Of a stretch of DNA of 64,000 nucleotides, positions 1 to 8,783 are shown one piece after another. Positions within the stretch are counted from its first letter, which is position 1. Every line of letters begins with the position of its first letter. Source of the DNA: Gemmatimonas sp. (GTDB lineage Bacteria; Krumholzibacteriota; Krumholzibacteriia; LZORAL124-64-63). The position numbers were made by a program, and so were the translations under genes. The notes beneath the pieces are model-generated. The model did no database searches. It worked only from the letters and a program-made list of their open reading frames with translations, and had not been told where the DNA came from. The stretch spans positions 14,474 through 78,473 of the forward strand of contig PNOJ01000001.1 in NCBI GenBank assembly GCA_013824755.1, given 5' to 3'.

Positions 1-781
1 CGGCACGCGATCGGACATCCGGTTCCCGGCGCTCGGCATCCTGCTGACCGCCGCCCTGGTCCTGCTGGCGAACGGTTGCCGGGACAAGCCGGCCCAGAGC
101 GCGCTGGACGCGGCCCTGGCCCCGATCCGCGGGCTGCCCGTCGAGCAGCAGGAAGCGGCGTTGCGCCGCGCCCTGGCCGACGGCTCGGTGCCGGCCCACC
201 TCGTCTGGTACGAGCTCGGCAACCAGGCCTACCAGGCCGCCGCCGCCCCCGACGCCCCGCCCCCCGGTCCGGACTCGCCGACGGGCCGCAGCGCCACCCT
301 GGACTCCGCCCTGGCCTACTTCCAGCGGGCCTCGGCGCTCGACACCCTGTTCGTCGAGCCGCTGGTGAACGCCGGCCTGATCTGGGACGACGTGGCCGAG
401 GGGCGCGACGTCATCGCCCGCAACGCGCTCGCCTCGGCGCGCGAGTGCTACCAGCACGCCATCCGGCTGCGGCCGGACGACGAGAAGGCCCGCTGCAACC
501 TCGGCTCGCTGAACTTCCGCCGCCACCAGTACACCGAGGCGATCGAGCAGTTCAACGCGGTGCTGGCCCACAACCCCCGCAGCGCCCTGGCTCACTACAA
601 CCTGGCGATCATGTTCGCCGAATCGAAGATGTACCGCGAGGCGATCCGCGAGTGGGAGGCCGCCGCCAAGCACGACCGCGACGGCGACATCGGCGAACGC
701 TCGCGCCAGAACATCAAGGTGATCCAGGACCTCATGAAGGCCGAGGTCCCCGCCGGGGTCGCGGCGCCCTCCCATTCCTGA
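1..781 (+). CDS. TPR-repeat lipoprotein, 5' end probably outside window
   Basis: Frame 2 is open from nt 2. It reads a signal-peptide-like LLTAALVLLANGC lipobox, then TPR-like helices (ALAHYNLAIMFAESKMYREAIREWEAAAKHD). Stop at 779-781. Confidence 0.5.
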   Translation, partial: GTRSDIRFPALGILLTAALVLLANGCRDKPAQSALDAALAPIRGLPVEQQEAALRRALADGSVPAHLVWYELGNQAYQAAAAPDAPPPGPDSPTGRSATLDSALAYFQRASALDTLFVEPLVNAGLIWDDVAEGRDVIARNALASARECYQHAIRLRPDDEKARCNLGSLNFRRHQYTEAIEQFNAVLAHNPRSALAHYNLAIMFAESKMYREAIREWEAAAKHDRDGDIGERSRQNIKVIQDLMKAEVPAGVAAPSHS

Positions 782-812
782 CCCGGCCCCGCGGTCGGTC
801 CGCCGGAGCGCG

Positions 813-1970
813 ATGAGCTTCCCTCTGCCCGTTCCCGACGCCCTGCGCGCCGCACTGCCGCGCGGTTGCGGCGTGCTGCTGGGCCTCAGCGGCGGCGTGG
901 ACAGCAGCGTGGCGCTCGCCCTGCTCGCGCACCTCGGCTGCGAGGTGCACGCGGTCACCCTGAAGAACTTCTGCACGAGCGACGGGAGCTTCGGCGGCGA
1001 GGGCAACCGCTCGTGCTGCTCGCTCGACGCCATCGACGCCGCGCGCCGCACCGCCGCCGCGCTGGGCGTGCGCCACTGGGTGAGCGGCGTGGAGCCGGCC
1101 TTCCGTTCGCGGGTGATCGAGCCCTTCGTGGACGAGTACCTCGCCGGCCGCACGCCGAACCCCTGCGTGGGCTGCAACGCCGCCGTCCGTTTCCCGCAGT
1201 TGACGCACCTGGCCGACGAACTGGGCCTCGCCTTCGTCGCGACCGGCCACTACGCCCGCGCCCTGGCCGGCCCCGACGGCCCCGAGCTCCACCGCGCCCT
1301 CGCTCCCGACAAGGACCAGTCCTACTTCCTGCACCGCCTGGAACGCGACGTGCTGGCGCGATGCGTGTTCCCGCTGGGCTGGTCGGCCAAGCCCGACGTG
1401 CGCGCGGCCGCGGCCGCGCTGGGCCTCGAGGCGGCGGCGCGCCCGGACAGTCAGGAGATCTGCTTCGTGCCGGACGACGACCGTTCGTTCCTGTTCGCCG
1501 GCCGCGACACGGAAGCCGGCGGCGAGATCGTCCACCGGGACGGGCGGGTCCTGGGGCGGCACCGCGGCCTCGCCCACTACACGGTCGGGCAGCGGCGCGG
1601 CCTGGGCGTCGCCGACGCCGAACCCCTGTTCGTCGTCGCGCTCGAGAGGGAAGGCAACCGCGTGGTGGTCGGACCGCGGGACGCGCTGCGGGTCGGCCGC
1701 GTGCGCTGCGACGGGTTCGTCGACCTGGCCGGCGTGCCGCGGCGCGGCCCGGTCGGACCCGGCCCGTGGACGGTGCAACTGCGCCACCGCCACGCCGGCG
1801 CGCCGGTGCGGGACTGGTCGCGGGACGGCGAGAGGTTCGAGGTCGAGCTGGACGGTGCGGCCGAAGGCGTGGCGCCGGGCCAGTTCCTGGTGCTCTACCG
1901 GGGGGACCGCGTCTGCGGCGGCGGGCGCATCGTCGGCGCCGGTCCCGCGCAGGGAGGGGAGGCGTCGTGA
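813..1970 (+). CDS. mnmA: tRNA-specific 2-thiouridylase MnmA
   Basis: PP-loop SGGVDSS, CxxC motifs and full-length MnmA-like sequence. ATG at 813. Confidence 0.9.
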   Translation: MSFPLPVPDALRAALPRGCGVLLGLSGGVDSSVALALLAHLGCEVHAVTLKNFCTSDGSFGGEGNRSCCSLDAIDAARRTAAALGVRHWVSGVEPAFRSRVIEPFVDEYLAGRTPNPCVGCNAAVRFPQLTHLADELGLAFVATGHYARALAGPDGPELHRALAPDKDQSYFLHRLERDVLARCVFPLGWSAKPDVRAAAAALGLEAAARPDSQEICFVPDDDRSFLFAGRDTEAGGEIVHRDGRVLGRHRGLAHYTVGQRRGLGVADAEPLFVVALEREGNRVVVGPRDALRVGRVRCDGFVDLAGVPRRGPVGPGPWTVQLRHRHAGAPVRDWSRDGERFEVELDGAAEGVAPGQFLVLYRGDRVCGGGRIVGAGPAQGGEAS

Positions 1971-3439
1971 AGCTGCCGCGCCGATGGTTGACGAGCCTGC
2001 TGGTCCTCTCGCTGCTGCTGGCGGCGTTGACGCTGGCCGTGCGCTTCCTGCTGCCGGTCGACCGCTTCGTCCGGACGGCGCTCGCCGAGCTGAACGCGGG
2101 AGCGGGTGTCGAGGTCTTCGTCGGCGACGCGTGGGTCGATCTCTGGCCGACGCCGCGGGTCGTGCTGTCGAATGTGTCGGCGACACCCGGCCCCGAGGCG
2201 CGCGCCGCAGCGACGGGCGGCGTGTCCTGGTTCCTCCTCGCGAAGTCGGCGACGGTGCGTCCCGACTGGCGCGAGCTGGCGGGCGGCCGCGCCGCCCTGC
2301 GCGACGTGAGGCTGGCACAGCTGCGCCTCGATCTCGTCCTGGGCGACGGCGTCAAGGCCGGGGCCGTGCAGGCCGCCGCGGTCACGCTCATCCCCGTGCC
2401 GGGAGACCTGCGGGTGAGCGTGGACGAGGCGGACTGGCACGGGACCGCGATCTCGGCCGACGCGACCTGGGAGGGCTGGCCGGGTCCCGGCCGGTTGCGG
2501 GGGGAGTGGCGGCTGGAGCGATGCGATGCGGCGTCGCTGTTCGCTGCCTTGCCTCGTCGTCCCGCCTGGGTCCGACGCCCGTCGCCGGACTGGCCGGCGG
2601 GAAGGTGGAGGCTGCGGGCAGCTTCGACTGGGCGTGGCCGGCGCCGGCGCCGGTCCGTTTCCGCGATCTCGCGCCCGGCCTGGCCGGGAACGCGAAGGTG
2701 TCGGACCTGGCCGTGAGCTTCGTCGGGAGCGAGGCGCCCTGGAACGTGAGCGCGCGGGCCGGGCTGCAGGATGGCCGCCTCGCGGTGAGCGACGTCGTGG
2801 TCGGGATCGGCGACGGCCGTGTGACGGGCCGCTTCGACCTGGCCGACCTGGACCGCGACCAGAGGCGGTGCAGCTTCGAGGCGGACTGCGAAGCGGTCGA
2901 TCTCGCGGTCCTGCTGCGGGTGCTCGCGCCCGGCGCCGCGCTACGTGTCCGGGACGTCCGGCGCCGGGATCCGGGGCGGTTTCACCGGCGGCCGCCCCGG
3001 CGCGGCCCTCGCGAGCCTCGAGGTCGACGCCGACCTCGCGGCGCGCGACGGCGTCGTGCACGCGCGGGATTGGCTGACCGACATCGCTTCCTACCTGGGA
3101 GAGAGGCAAGACCTGCAGGACATCCGCTACCGCACCCTGACCAGCCGGCTCGAATTGCGCGAGGGCCGGCTGGCGATGCAGGACCTGAAGCTGGAGGGCC
3201 CCGACACCGACTGGCGGGGGGCGGGCCGGATCGACCTCGCGGGACCGCTCGAGGTGGCGCTGGTCGTGAAGCTGCCGGCCGGATTCCGGCCCGACCTGGG
3301 TTCGATGTCGCCCCTCGCCGATCTGCTGAAGGGCGACGACGGCCGCATCGCGCTGGGCCTGAGGCTGACGGGACGCGCGTCGGGACCCGAGGTGAGTCTC
3401 GACCTCGCGAAATCGGGACGCCAGGCCGGCTGGCGGTAG
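1967..3439 (+). CDS. AsmA-family outer-membrane assembly protein, interrupted by two compensating frameshifts (about 2565 and about 2940)
   Basis: GTG at 1967 overlaps the mnmA stop (GTGA). N-terminal TM helix. AsmA-like sequence runs in frame 2 (1967-2560), switches to frame 1 (2560-2940), then returns to frame 2 (2945-3439, AsmA_2-like C-terminus). Confidence 0.5.
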
Positions 3440-3551
3440 GGATCCTTGACAAACCAGGGGGCAGGACGTAACGTCCTGGTCCGCGGCGCCTCAGGGCGCC
3501 GCCGTCGGGGCGGGCCCCGGCGCCGGACGTCTTGCGGATGATACGGCAGCC

Positions 3552-3638
3552 GGAGGGCTAGTCCTAACTGGTAAGGCAGCGGTCTTGAAAACCGCCGGGA
3601 GCGATCCCCTGGGGGTTCGAATCCCCCGCCCTCCGCCA
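3552..3638 (+). tRNA. tRNA-Ser (anticodon UGA)
   Basis: Cloverleaf with 7-bp acceptor GGAGGGC/GCCCTCC. Anticodon loop CUUGAAA is identical to E. coli tRNA-Ser(UGA). Long variable arm, TTCGAAT T-loop, CCA end. Confidence 0.8.
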
Positions 3639-3650
3639 GGATCACAGGCG

Positions 3651-3738
<88 letters not shown>

Positions 3739-3751
3739 GACCCCTGTTGGC

Positions 3752-3828
3752 GCGCCCATAGCTCAACTGGACAGAGCATCTGACTACGGATTAGAAGGTT
3801 GGGGGTTCGAATCCTCCTGGGCGTACCA
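3752..3828 (+). tRNA. tRNA-Arg (anticodon ACG), copy 1
   Basis: Acceptor GCGCCCA/TGGGCGT. Anticodon arm TCTGA-CTACGGA-TTAGA. T-arm GGGGGTTCGAATCCTCC. Ends in CCA. Confidence 0.85.
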
Positions 3829-3831
3829 CCT

Positions 3832-3867
3832 CGAAGGCCCCGTCGCACTGAAGCGGCGGGGCCTTCG
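3832..3867. terminator. Bidirectional stem-loop terminator between the tRNA cluster and convergent nikR
   Basis: Perfect 11-bp stem CGAAGGCCCCG/CGGGGCCTTCG, followed by TCTTG. Confidence 0.5.
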
Positions 3868-3891
3868 TCTTGCCGCCAGGCGGCGCCGCGC

Positions 3892-4311
3892 TCAGTCCTC
3901 GACGACGGCCGTGCGCGCCAGCTCCGCGAAGCTCACGCCCTTCAGCCCGCCGATCTCCAGCGCCATGCGCTCGATCTCGCCCGGCGTGCCGCGCAGCACG
4001 ATGGTCTCGAGGCAGTGGTCGTGGTCCAGGTGGACGTGCTGCGTGCAGAGGATGTGGACGAACTGGTTGTGCTGGACGCGGTGGAGCTTGTCGGTGAGGC
4101 CGCGGCGGTGGTGGTCGTAGACGATGGTCAGCGCGCCGTGCACCTCGGTGTCGGCGCCGGCCCAGGCCTCTTCGACCAGGCGGGCGCGGATCAGGTCGCG
4201 CACGAATTCCGATCGCGATTCGTAGCCGCGGCCGACGATGCGCCGGTCCAACGCCTCGAGCAGCGAGGCGGGCAGCGACACGGTGAAGCGGATGGTCTCT
4301 TGCCTGGCCAT
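3892..4311 (-). CDS. nikR: Nickel-responsive transcriptional regulator NikR
   Basis: N-terminal ribbon-helix-helix (ETIRFTVSLPASLLEALD). C-terminal metal-binding domain carries the NikR His/Cys ligands (HNQFVHILCTQHVHLDHDHCLETIV). Confidence 0.85.
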   Translation of the reverse strand: MARQETIRFTVSLPASLLEALDRRIVGRGYESRSEFVRDLIRARLVEEAWAGADTEVHGALTIVYDHHRRGLTDKLHRVQHNQFVHILCTQHVHLDHDHCLETIVLRGTPGEIERMALEIGGLKGVSFAELARTAVVED

Positions 4312-4315
4312 GGCC

Positions 4316-5089
4316 CTAGTCCCAGTCGTGGGTGTGGTCGTGTCGGTGCTCCCGGTCGCCGTGGCGGTGGCGGTGCCCGTGCACGAGGTTCGCGCGGCGC
4401 AGCAGGTCCAGGTTGCCGGCCAACCCGTCCGCCCCGCCGTCGTGCAGCAGCGCGTGGTCCTCGCCCAGCACGAGGCAGCGCGGGCCCAGCTCCGGCGCCA
4501 GCGACAGGTTGTGCGTGGTCACCAGCAGAGTCTGGTCGAGGTCCTGCAGGAAGTCCACCAGCCATCCCGTCGAGCGGGGATCCAGCGCGGCGGTGGGTTC
4601 GTCCAGCAGCAGCAGCCGCGGCTCGAGGACCAGCAGCGACGCCAGGCAGACCATCTGCTTCTGGCCCGCGCTGAGCGTCCACGGCGCGCGGTCCAGCAAC
4701 TCGGCGACGCCCAGGGCCGTCGCCCAGCGCACGACCCTGGCTTCCGCGTCGTCCAGCCCGTGCTGGCGCGGCCCGAAGGCGATCTCGTCGCGGACGGTCG
4801 GGTTGAAGAGCATGGCGTCGCTGCGCTGGAAGAGCAGCCCGACCTCGGCGCGGAAGCGGCGGCGGAACGACGCGTCGCGCAGCGACGCCGCGTCGACGGT
4901 GCGGCCGTCGTAGCGGTACCCGCCGGACAGCGGGTGCACGAGCCCGGCGAGGATCTTCAGGAGCGTCGATTTCCCGCAGCCGTTGCAGCCGAGCAGCACG
5001 GCCTTCTCGCCGGCTCCGAGGCGGAACGAGACGTCGCGCAGGGTCGCGGCGCCGTCGTAGGCGTGGTCCAGCCGTTCAACGTCGATCAA
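4316..5089 (-). CDS. cbiO: ECF/CbiO-type ABC ATPase of the Ni/Co uptake system, with His-rich C-terminal tail
   Basis: Walker A GCNGCGKST, signature LSAGQKQ, Walker B LLLLDEP. The tail is HGHRHRHGDREHRHDHTHDWD. TTG start overlaps the cbiQ stop. Confidence 0.85.
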   Translation of the reverse strand: MIDVERLDHAYDGAATLRDVSFRLGAGEKAVLLGCNGCGKSTLLKILAGLVHPLSGGYRYDGRTVDAASLRDASFRRRFRAEVGLLFQRSDAMLFNPTVRDEIAFGPRQHGLDDAEARVVRWATALGVAELLDRAPWTLSAGQKQMVCLASLLVLEPRLLLLDEPTAALDPRSTGWLVDFLQDLDQTLLVTTHNLSLAPELGPRCLVLGEDHALLHDGGADGLAGNLDLLRRANLVHGHRHRHGDREHRHDHTHDWD

Positions 5090-5633
5090 GGAAGAACCCC
5101 CGTGCGTCCAGGGCCTGGGCGATCTCGGCGGCGTCGTGCTCGGCCCGCCTGAGGAACCAGGCGCCGGCCGCCGCGCCGTGGCGCAGCGAAGCGGCCGTCG
5201 AGACCCGGCGCGGCGAGCGGCTGAGCAGGGCCAGCCGGAAGTCCGCGTGGAGCCGGCGGAACGTCAGCACCTGGCTGACGGTCAGCACCAGCGCGAAGCG
5301 CAGCGTCCGCGAGAAGCCCAGCGCGCGCTGCAGGTCGAGGCGGGCGGCCAGCGCGAAGGTCAGGCTGGTCATCAGCAGCACGCGCAGGTTCAGCCGCAGC
5401 AGCGCGGCGCCGGCCGGGCGCTGCTCCCACCAGGACGCCGCCAGCCAGCCCAGCGAGACCGCCGCGGCGAACGGGGCCGCGGCGCGCGACGCCCGCGCCA
5501 GCACGCGCGGCGCCCGCCTGCCGGACGCGAGCAGGACCGCCGCCAGCGCGGCGGCGAGCCGGGCGGGATCGTGCACGAACGTCGCGGCCACGATCGCGCC
5601 GAGGTAGAGCAGCAGCAGGGCGCGGTCCCTCAC
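5076..5633 (-). CDS. cbiQ: CbiQ/NikQ transmembrane component
   Basis: Hydrophobic CbiQ-like sequence. GTG start with GGAGG RBS. GTGA overlap with the cbiM stop and TTGA overlap with the cbiO start. The upstream part of the table ORF is a spurious extension. Confidence 0.75.
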   Translation of the reverse strand: MRDRALLLLYLGAIVAATFVHDPARLAAALAAVLLASGRRAPRVLARASRAAAPFAAAVSLGWLAASWWEQRPAGAALLRLNLRVLLMTSLTFALAARLDLQRALGFSRTLRFALVLTVSQVLTFRRLHADFRLALLSRSPRRVSTAASLRHGAAAGAWFLRRAEHDAAEIAQALDARGFFLDRR

Positions 5634-6298
5634 GGCGCCTCCGGTCCGGGGGGAGGCGCCGCCGTCGCCGGTCGCGGCGCCAGGCAGCGCCCGGCCAGCA
5701 GCGCGAGGACCCCGTCCGCCACGCCGACCGCCAGATGCGGGAGGACCACGGCCGGCAGCGTGGTCTTCCAGCCGAAGGGGAAGAACAGCGGCGAGCCGTC
5801 GGGCGCGCGGGAGAGCAGCGGCTGCAGGCCCAGCACGCCGGCCATCAGCGTCGCGGAGGCCACGGTGCCGGCCCAGCCCGCGGCGAACAGGGCAGCGTCG
5901 CGATTCACCGGCCGCAACAGGCGGTGCGCGCCGACCGCGGCGAGGCTGCCGACCAGCCCCATGGCCAGGGCGTTGACCGGCAGCGCCGTCACGCCGCCGT
6001 CCCCGAACATCAGCGCCTGCAGCAGGAACACGAGCGACAGCGACAGGAACGCGTTCCAGACCCCGAACAGGACCGCGAGCATGCCGATGCCCGCGACGTG
6101 GACCGTCGTGCCGCCGGGCAGCGGCACGGTGATCATCATCAGCACGAAGGCGGTCGCGGTGACCACCGCGAGGCGCGGCAGGGTCGCCGCGTCCAGGCGG
6201 GCGCGCAGGCGGCGCAGCCCGAACGTCCACGCCGCGGCGGCGACGCCGTAGGCGGGCAGGTAGGTCTGGGGTCCCAGGAAGCCGTCGGGCACGTGCAT
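5630..6298 (-). CDS. cbiM: CbiM/NikM substrate-specific transmembrane component
   Basis: Starts MHVPDGFL, the conserved CbiM N-terminus (M-H-x-x-D-G). Multi-TM. ATG at 6298, with a spurious upstream extension in the table ORF. Confidence 0.8.
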   Translation of the reverse strand: MHVPDGFLGPQTYLPAYGVAAAAWTFGLRRLRARLDAATLPRLAVVTATAFVLMMITVPLPGGTTVHVAGIGMLAVLFGVWNAFLSLSLVFLLQALMFGDGGVTALPVNALAMGLVGSLAAVGAHRLLRPVNRDAALFAAGWAGTVASATLMAGVLGLQPLLSRAPDGSPLFFPFGWKTTLPAVVLPHLAVGVADGVLALLAGRCLAPRPATAAPPPGPEAP

Positions 6299-6320
6299 GG
6301 CCGCTCCGTTGCGTCGTCGT

Positions 6321-7325
6321 TCAGAACAGGCAGGACAGGCTGGCGAGGAGCCGGCCCCGCTCCTTGCCCTCGGCGCCCTGCTGCAGGGCATCCTCGTTGA
6401 GGTCGGTCCAGACCGGCGTCTTCCAGCCCAGCCCCAGGCTCGCGGCGCCCCTGGTGAGCCGGACGCCGCCGACCCCGTAGAGGATCAGGCCGCCGGTGGC
6501 CGTCTCGCCGACGCCGTCCGTCTCGTCGCGCCCGAGGTCCAGGAGGTTGGACTCGACGTTGACGTCGAGTCGCAGCTTCGACGCCGGCCGGGTCAGCGCC
6601 CGCGCCACCAGCGCCGCGTTCAGGCGCGTCTCGCGGCCGAAGCGGACCCGCGCGCCGTCGGCGTACTCGTGTTCCGTGAAGCCCACGATCGACGCCTCGG
6701 CCACGGCCGTCCAGCGCGGGGCGAGCACCTTCGTCGCCGTCAGGCCGCAGTTCCACGCGGGGCCGCCGAAGCCCAGGGACAGGCCGGGATCGATCGCGCC
6801 GTCGCGGTCGCGCAGGTTCTCCTCGCCCGTGGGCAGGGACGTCCCGGCGCTGAGCGTGAGGTGCAGGTCTTCGAGATCGTCGAGGCTCTCGTGCGCCGGC
6901 ACGAGGCGCGGCCCGCCGTCCCAGCGCAGGCCGGCCACGGCGACGAACGAGAGGTCGGTGAAGCCGGCCGTGTTGTAGGAGTTGTCCTGCACCGTCTTGG
7001 CGCTGAACGGCAGGAAGGCGTAGACCGACAGCCAGGGCCGCACGCCGTAGCCCAGGCCGAACAGCATGAAGGTGCTGCGGTCGCCCTCGCCGTCGCGCTC
7101 CGGCGTGAAGGCCTCGAACGTCGGCTGGTCGATCTTGACGCAGGCCAGCCAGGCGGCGCGCGGCAGCGTCTGCGAACTGGAAGTCTCCAGCGGCGCGCCG
7201 GGACCGGCGAGCCCGGCGACGCCGAGCGAGGCGACGCCGTGATGGGCGGCCGCGGCGCCCGCCGACAGCAGGGAGGCGGACAGGACCACGCCAGCGGCGA
7301 CGACGCGGGCGCGCGGGCGGTTCAC
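6321..7325 (-). CDS. Outer-membrane beta-barrel protein co-transcribed with the Ni/Co transporter
   Basis: Signal peptide, amphipathic beta-strand pattern, and a C-terminal ...SLSCLF ending in Phe (OMP signature). GTG start behind an AGGAGGAA RBS. Overlaps the upstream gene's stop. Confidence 0.6.
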   Translation of the reverse strand: MNRPRARVVAAGVVLSASLLSAGAAAAHHGVASLGVAGLAGPGAPLETSSSQTLPRAAWLACVKIDQPTFEAFTPERDGEGDRSTFMLFGLGYGVRPWLSVYAFLPFSAKTVQDNSYNTAGFTDLSFVAVAGLRWDGGPRLVPAHESLDDLEDLHLTLSAGTSLPTGEENLRDRDGAIDPGLSLGFGGPAWNCGLTATKVLAPRWTAVAEASIVGFTEHEYADGARVRFGRETRLNAALVARALTRPASKLRLDVNVESNLLDLGRDETDGVGETATGGLILYGVGGVRLTRGAASLGLGWKTPVWTDLNEDALQQGAEGKERGRLLASLSCLF

Positions 7326-7756
7326 GGCTTCCTCCTGGACATCAGCAACGTGACGACGCCGAAGATGCCGAACAGCACCGACACGCCGGTGACGAGCTTG
7401 ACGGGACGGGTGGGGCCGGCCGCGCGCTCCCCCGACGGCAGCAGGTCGGCGCCGACCGGCACCGTCAGGTCGGCGCCGTGGCCGTCCTGGGCCACGACGC
7501 GCACCCGCCAGTCGCCGGGACGGTCCGCCAGGAACACGACACGCCCGCGGCGGTCGGTGCGGCCGACCTGCGTGGGCGCGTCCCCGGCGGGCGGCGTGAC
7601 CTCGCAGGATTCGAAGGAGAAGGGGGCGCCGTCGGCGTAGGTCAGCGTCACGACGACCGCGCGGTCGCCGGCGACGGTGTGGTCCAGGCCGTGTGCCGTC
7701 GCCGCGACGGGCGCGGCCAGCAGTGCGAGGATGGCCGGCAGCAGTGCGGCGCGCAT
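7322..7756 (-). CDS. Small secreted/membrane-anchored accessory protein of the Ni/Co transporter (NikL-like)
   Basis: N-terminal signal peptide, beta-rich middle, C-terminal TM helix (VLFGIFGVVTLLM). Position inside the operon. Confidence 0.45.
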   Translation of the reverse strand: MRAALLPAILALLAAPVAATAHGLDHTVAGDRAVVVTLTYADGAPFSFESCEVTPPAGDAPTQVGRTDRRGRVVFLADRPGDWRVRVVAQDGHGADLTVPVGADLLPSGERAAGPTRPVKLVTGVSVLFGIFGVVTLLMSRRKP

Positions 7757-8490
7757 CAGCGGGCCGCCAGGTCGAAGGTGAGCACGGCCGTGCGGACGTC
7801 TTCGTGCCGGGGATCGTCAGCGTCGGGTCGACGCCAGGAGGCGCGCACGACCTGCAGCCCCGCGTGGCGGAGGCGCAGGTTGATCCGGCCGTCGGGCCCG
7901 GTGGCGCCGCGGGTGTCGTCGCCGTAGGCCACCGCCGCGCCCGCCACGGGCTGCCCGTCGGCGGTCGCCAGCACGGCGAGCTTGTCGCCGGGGGAGAGGG
8001 CCCGCGGGTCGGTCAGCGGCGTCAGTTCGAAGCCCCGGCCCAGCGGTGTGGCCAGACCCGGCGACCAGCCGCGCAGGTGCTTGACCGTCTCCTGCGAGCG
8101 CCAAGCCTGCAAGGGGCGGGCGACCTGCGACGGGTGGCGGTTGACGGTGCCGTCGGCGGTCTTGGTCCACCAGCCCCAGTCCACGAGCGCGACGTCGGCG
8201 AGGCCGTCGGCTGGCACGGTCACCGGCGCGGCGGCGGGCGCCGGCGCGACGCGCAGGGCGCCGTCGGCGCCGACCGTCGCCAGCCAGGCGACCCGCGAGG
8301 CCTCGAGCCACTGGTTGCCGGCGTCGCCGTGCCGGTGCCCGGCGAGGTGGCCCTCCAGGAGCGTGTCGGCGACGGCGCCGGCGGACCAGAACACGTCGTG
8401 GGCGCCGGCGGGCGCGTGCGCCAGCCACAGCGTCACGGCCAGGAGCGCGGTCGCCGGACAGGTCCGGCGCGACGGTGGGCCAAGGATCAT
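7756..8490 (-). CDS. Periplasmic DUF4198/NikK-like nickel-uptake accessory protein
   Basis: Signal peptide, then a mature N-terminus AHDVFW with His-rich HLAGHRHGD. First gene of the operon. GGAGGTG RBS. Confidence 0.55.
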   Translation of the reverse strand: MILGPPSRRTCPATALLAVTLWLAHAPAGAHDVFWSAGAVADTLLEGHLAGHRHGDAGNQWLEASRVAWLATVGADGALRVAPAPAAAPVTVPADGLADVALVDWGWWTKTADGTVNRHPSQVARPLQAWRSQETVKHLRGWSPGLATPLGRGFELTPLTDPRALSPGDKLAVLATADGQPVAGAAVAYGDDTRGATGPDGRINLRLRHAGLQVVRASWRRPDADDPRHEDVRTAVLTFDLAAR

Positions 8491-8504
8491 GGTTCACCTC
8501 CGGC

Positions 8505-8580
8505 CATGGTGTTACGATTGACAAATACGTAATACCAATGTGGGACGGGCTTCCACCCTGTCAAGAAATGATCAGGCTGG
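8505..8580. promoter_or_regulatory. AT-rich promoter/operator region of the Ni/Co uptake operon (candidate NikR box)
   Basis: The only AT-rich stretch in the window. It holds an imperfect inverted repeat GTTACG-N11-CGTAAT (8510-8532) and a TGATCA palindrome. It sits directly upstream of the first operon gene, on the minus strand. Confidence 0.35.
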
Positions 8581-8600
8581 CGGCGCCCACCGTCGTCGTC

Positions 8601-8629
8601 TTGCCTGGCCGCGGGGGGAATGGTATATT
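8601..8629 (+). promoter_or_regulatory. Sigma70-type promoter of tRNA-Arg copy 2
   Basis: TTGCCT-N17-TATATT. The tRNA starts about 10 nt downstream. Confidence 0.55.
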
Positions 8630-8638
8630 GCCGCGGTC

Positions 8639-8715
8639 GCGCCCATAGCTCAATTGGATAGAGCATCTGACTACGGATTAGAAGGTTGGGGGTTCGAATC
8701 CTCCTGGGCGCGCCA
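8639..8715 (+). tRNA. tRNA-Arg (anticodon ACG), copy 2
   Basis: Same cloverleaf as copy 1. It differs at 2 D-loop positions and in acceptor pair 1-72, and has a G discriminator. A perfect hairpin (8719-8747) follows. Confidence 0.85.
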
Positions 8716-8718
8716 CTT

Positions 8719-8747
8719 CGAGCGACCCGCCGCCGGCGGGTCGCTCC
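8719..8747 (+). terminator. Stem-loop after tRNA-Arg copy 2
   Basis: GAGCGACCCGCC-GCC-GGCGGGTCGCTC, a perfect 12-bp stem. Confidence 0.45.
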
Positions 8748-8783
8748 ATTCCCGGAACGCACGCTCCGACGAGGATCGCGGCC

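Noticed and set aside
3552-3638. Possible tRNA-Sec, because selA is in the window
   Set aside because: The anticodon loop CUUGAAA gives UGA (Ser), identical to E. coli tRNA-Ser. The 7-bp acceptor and 3-bp D-stem are not the Sec architecture.
8505-8580. Exact match to the E. coli NikR box GTATGA-N16-TCATAC
   Set aside because: Not present. Only looser dyad symmetry exists, so the operator call is kept as a low-confidence candidate.
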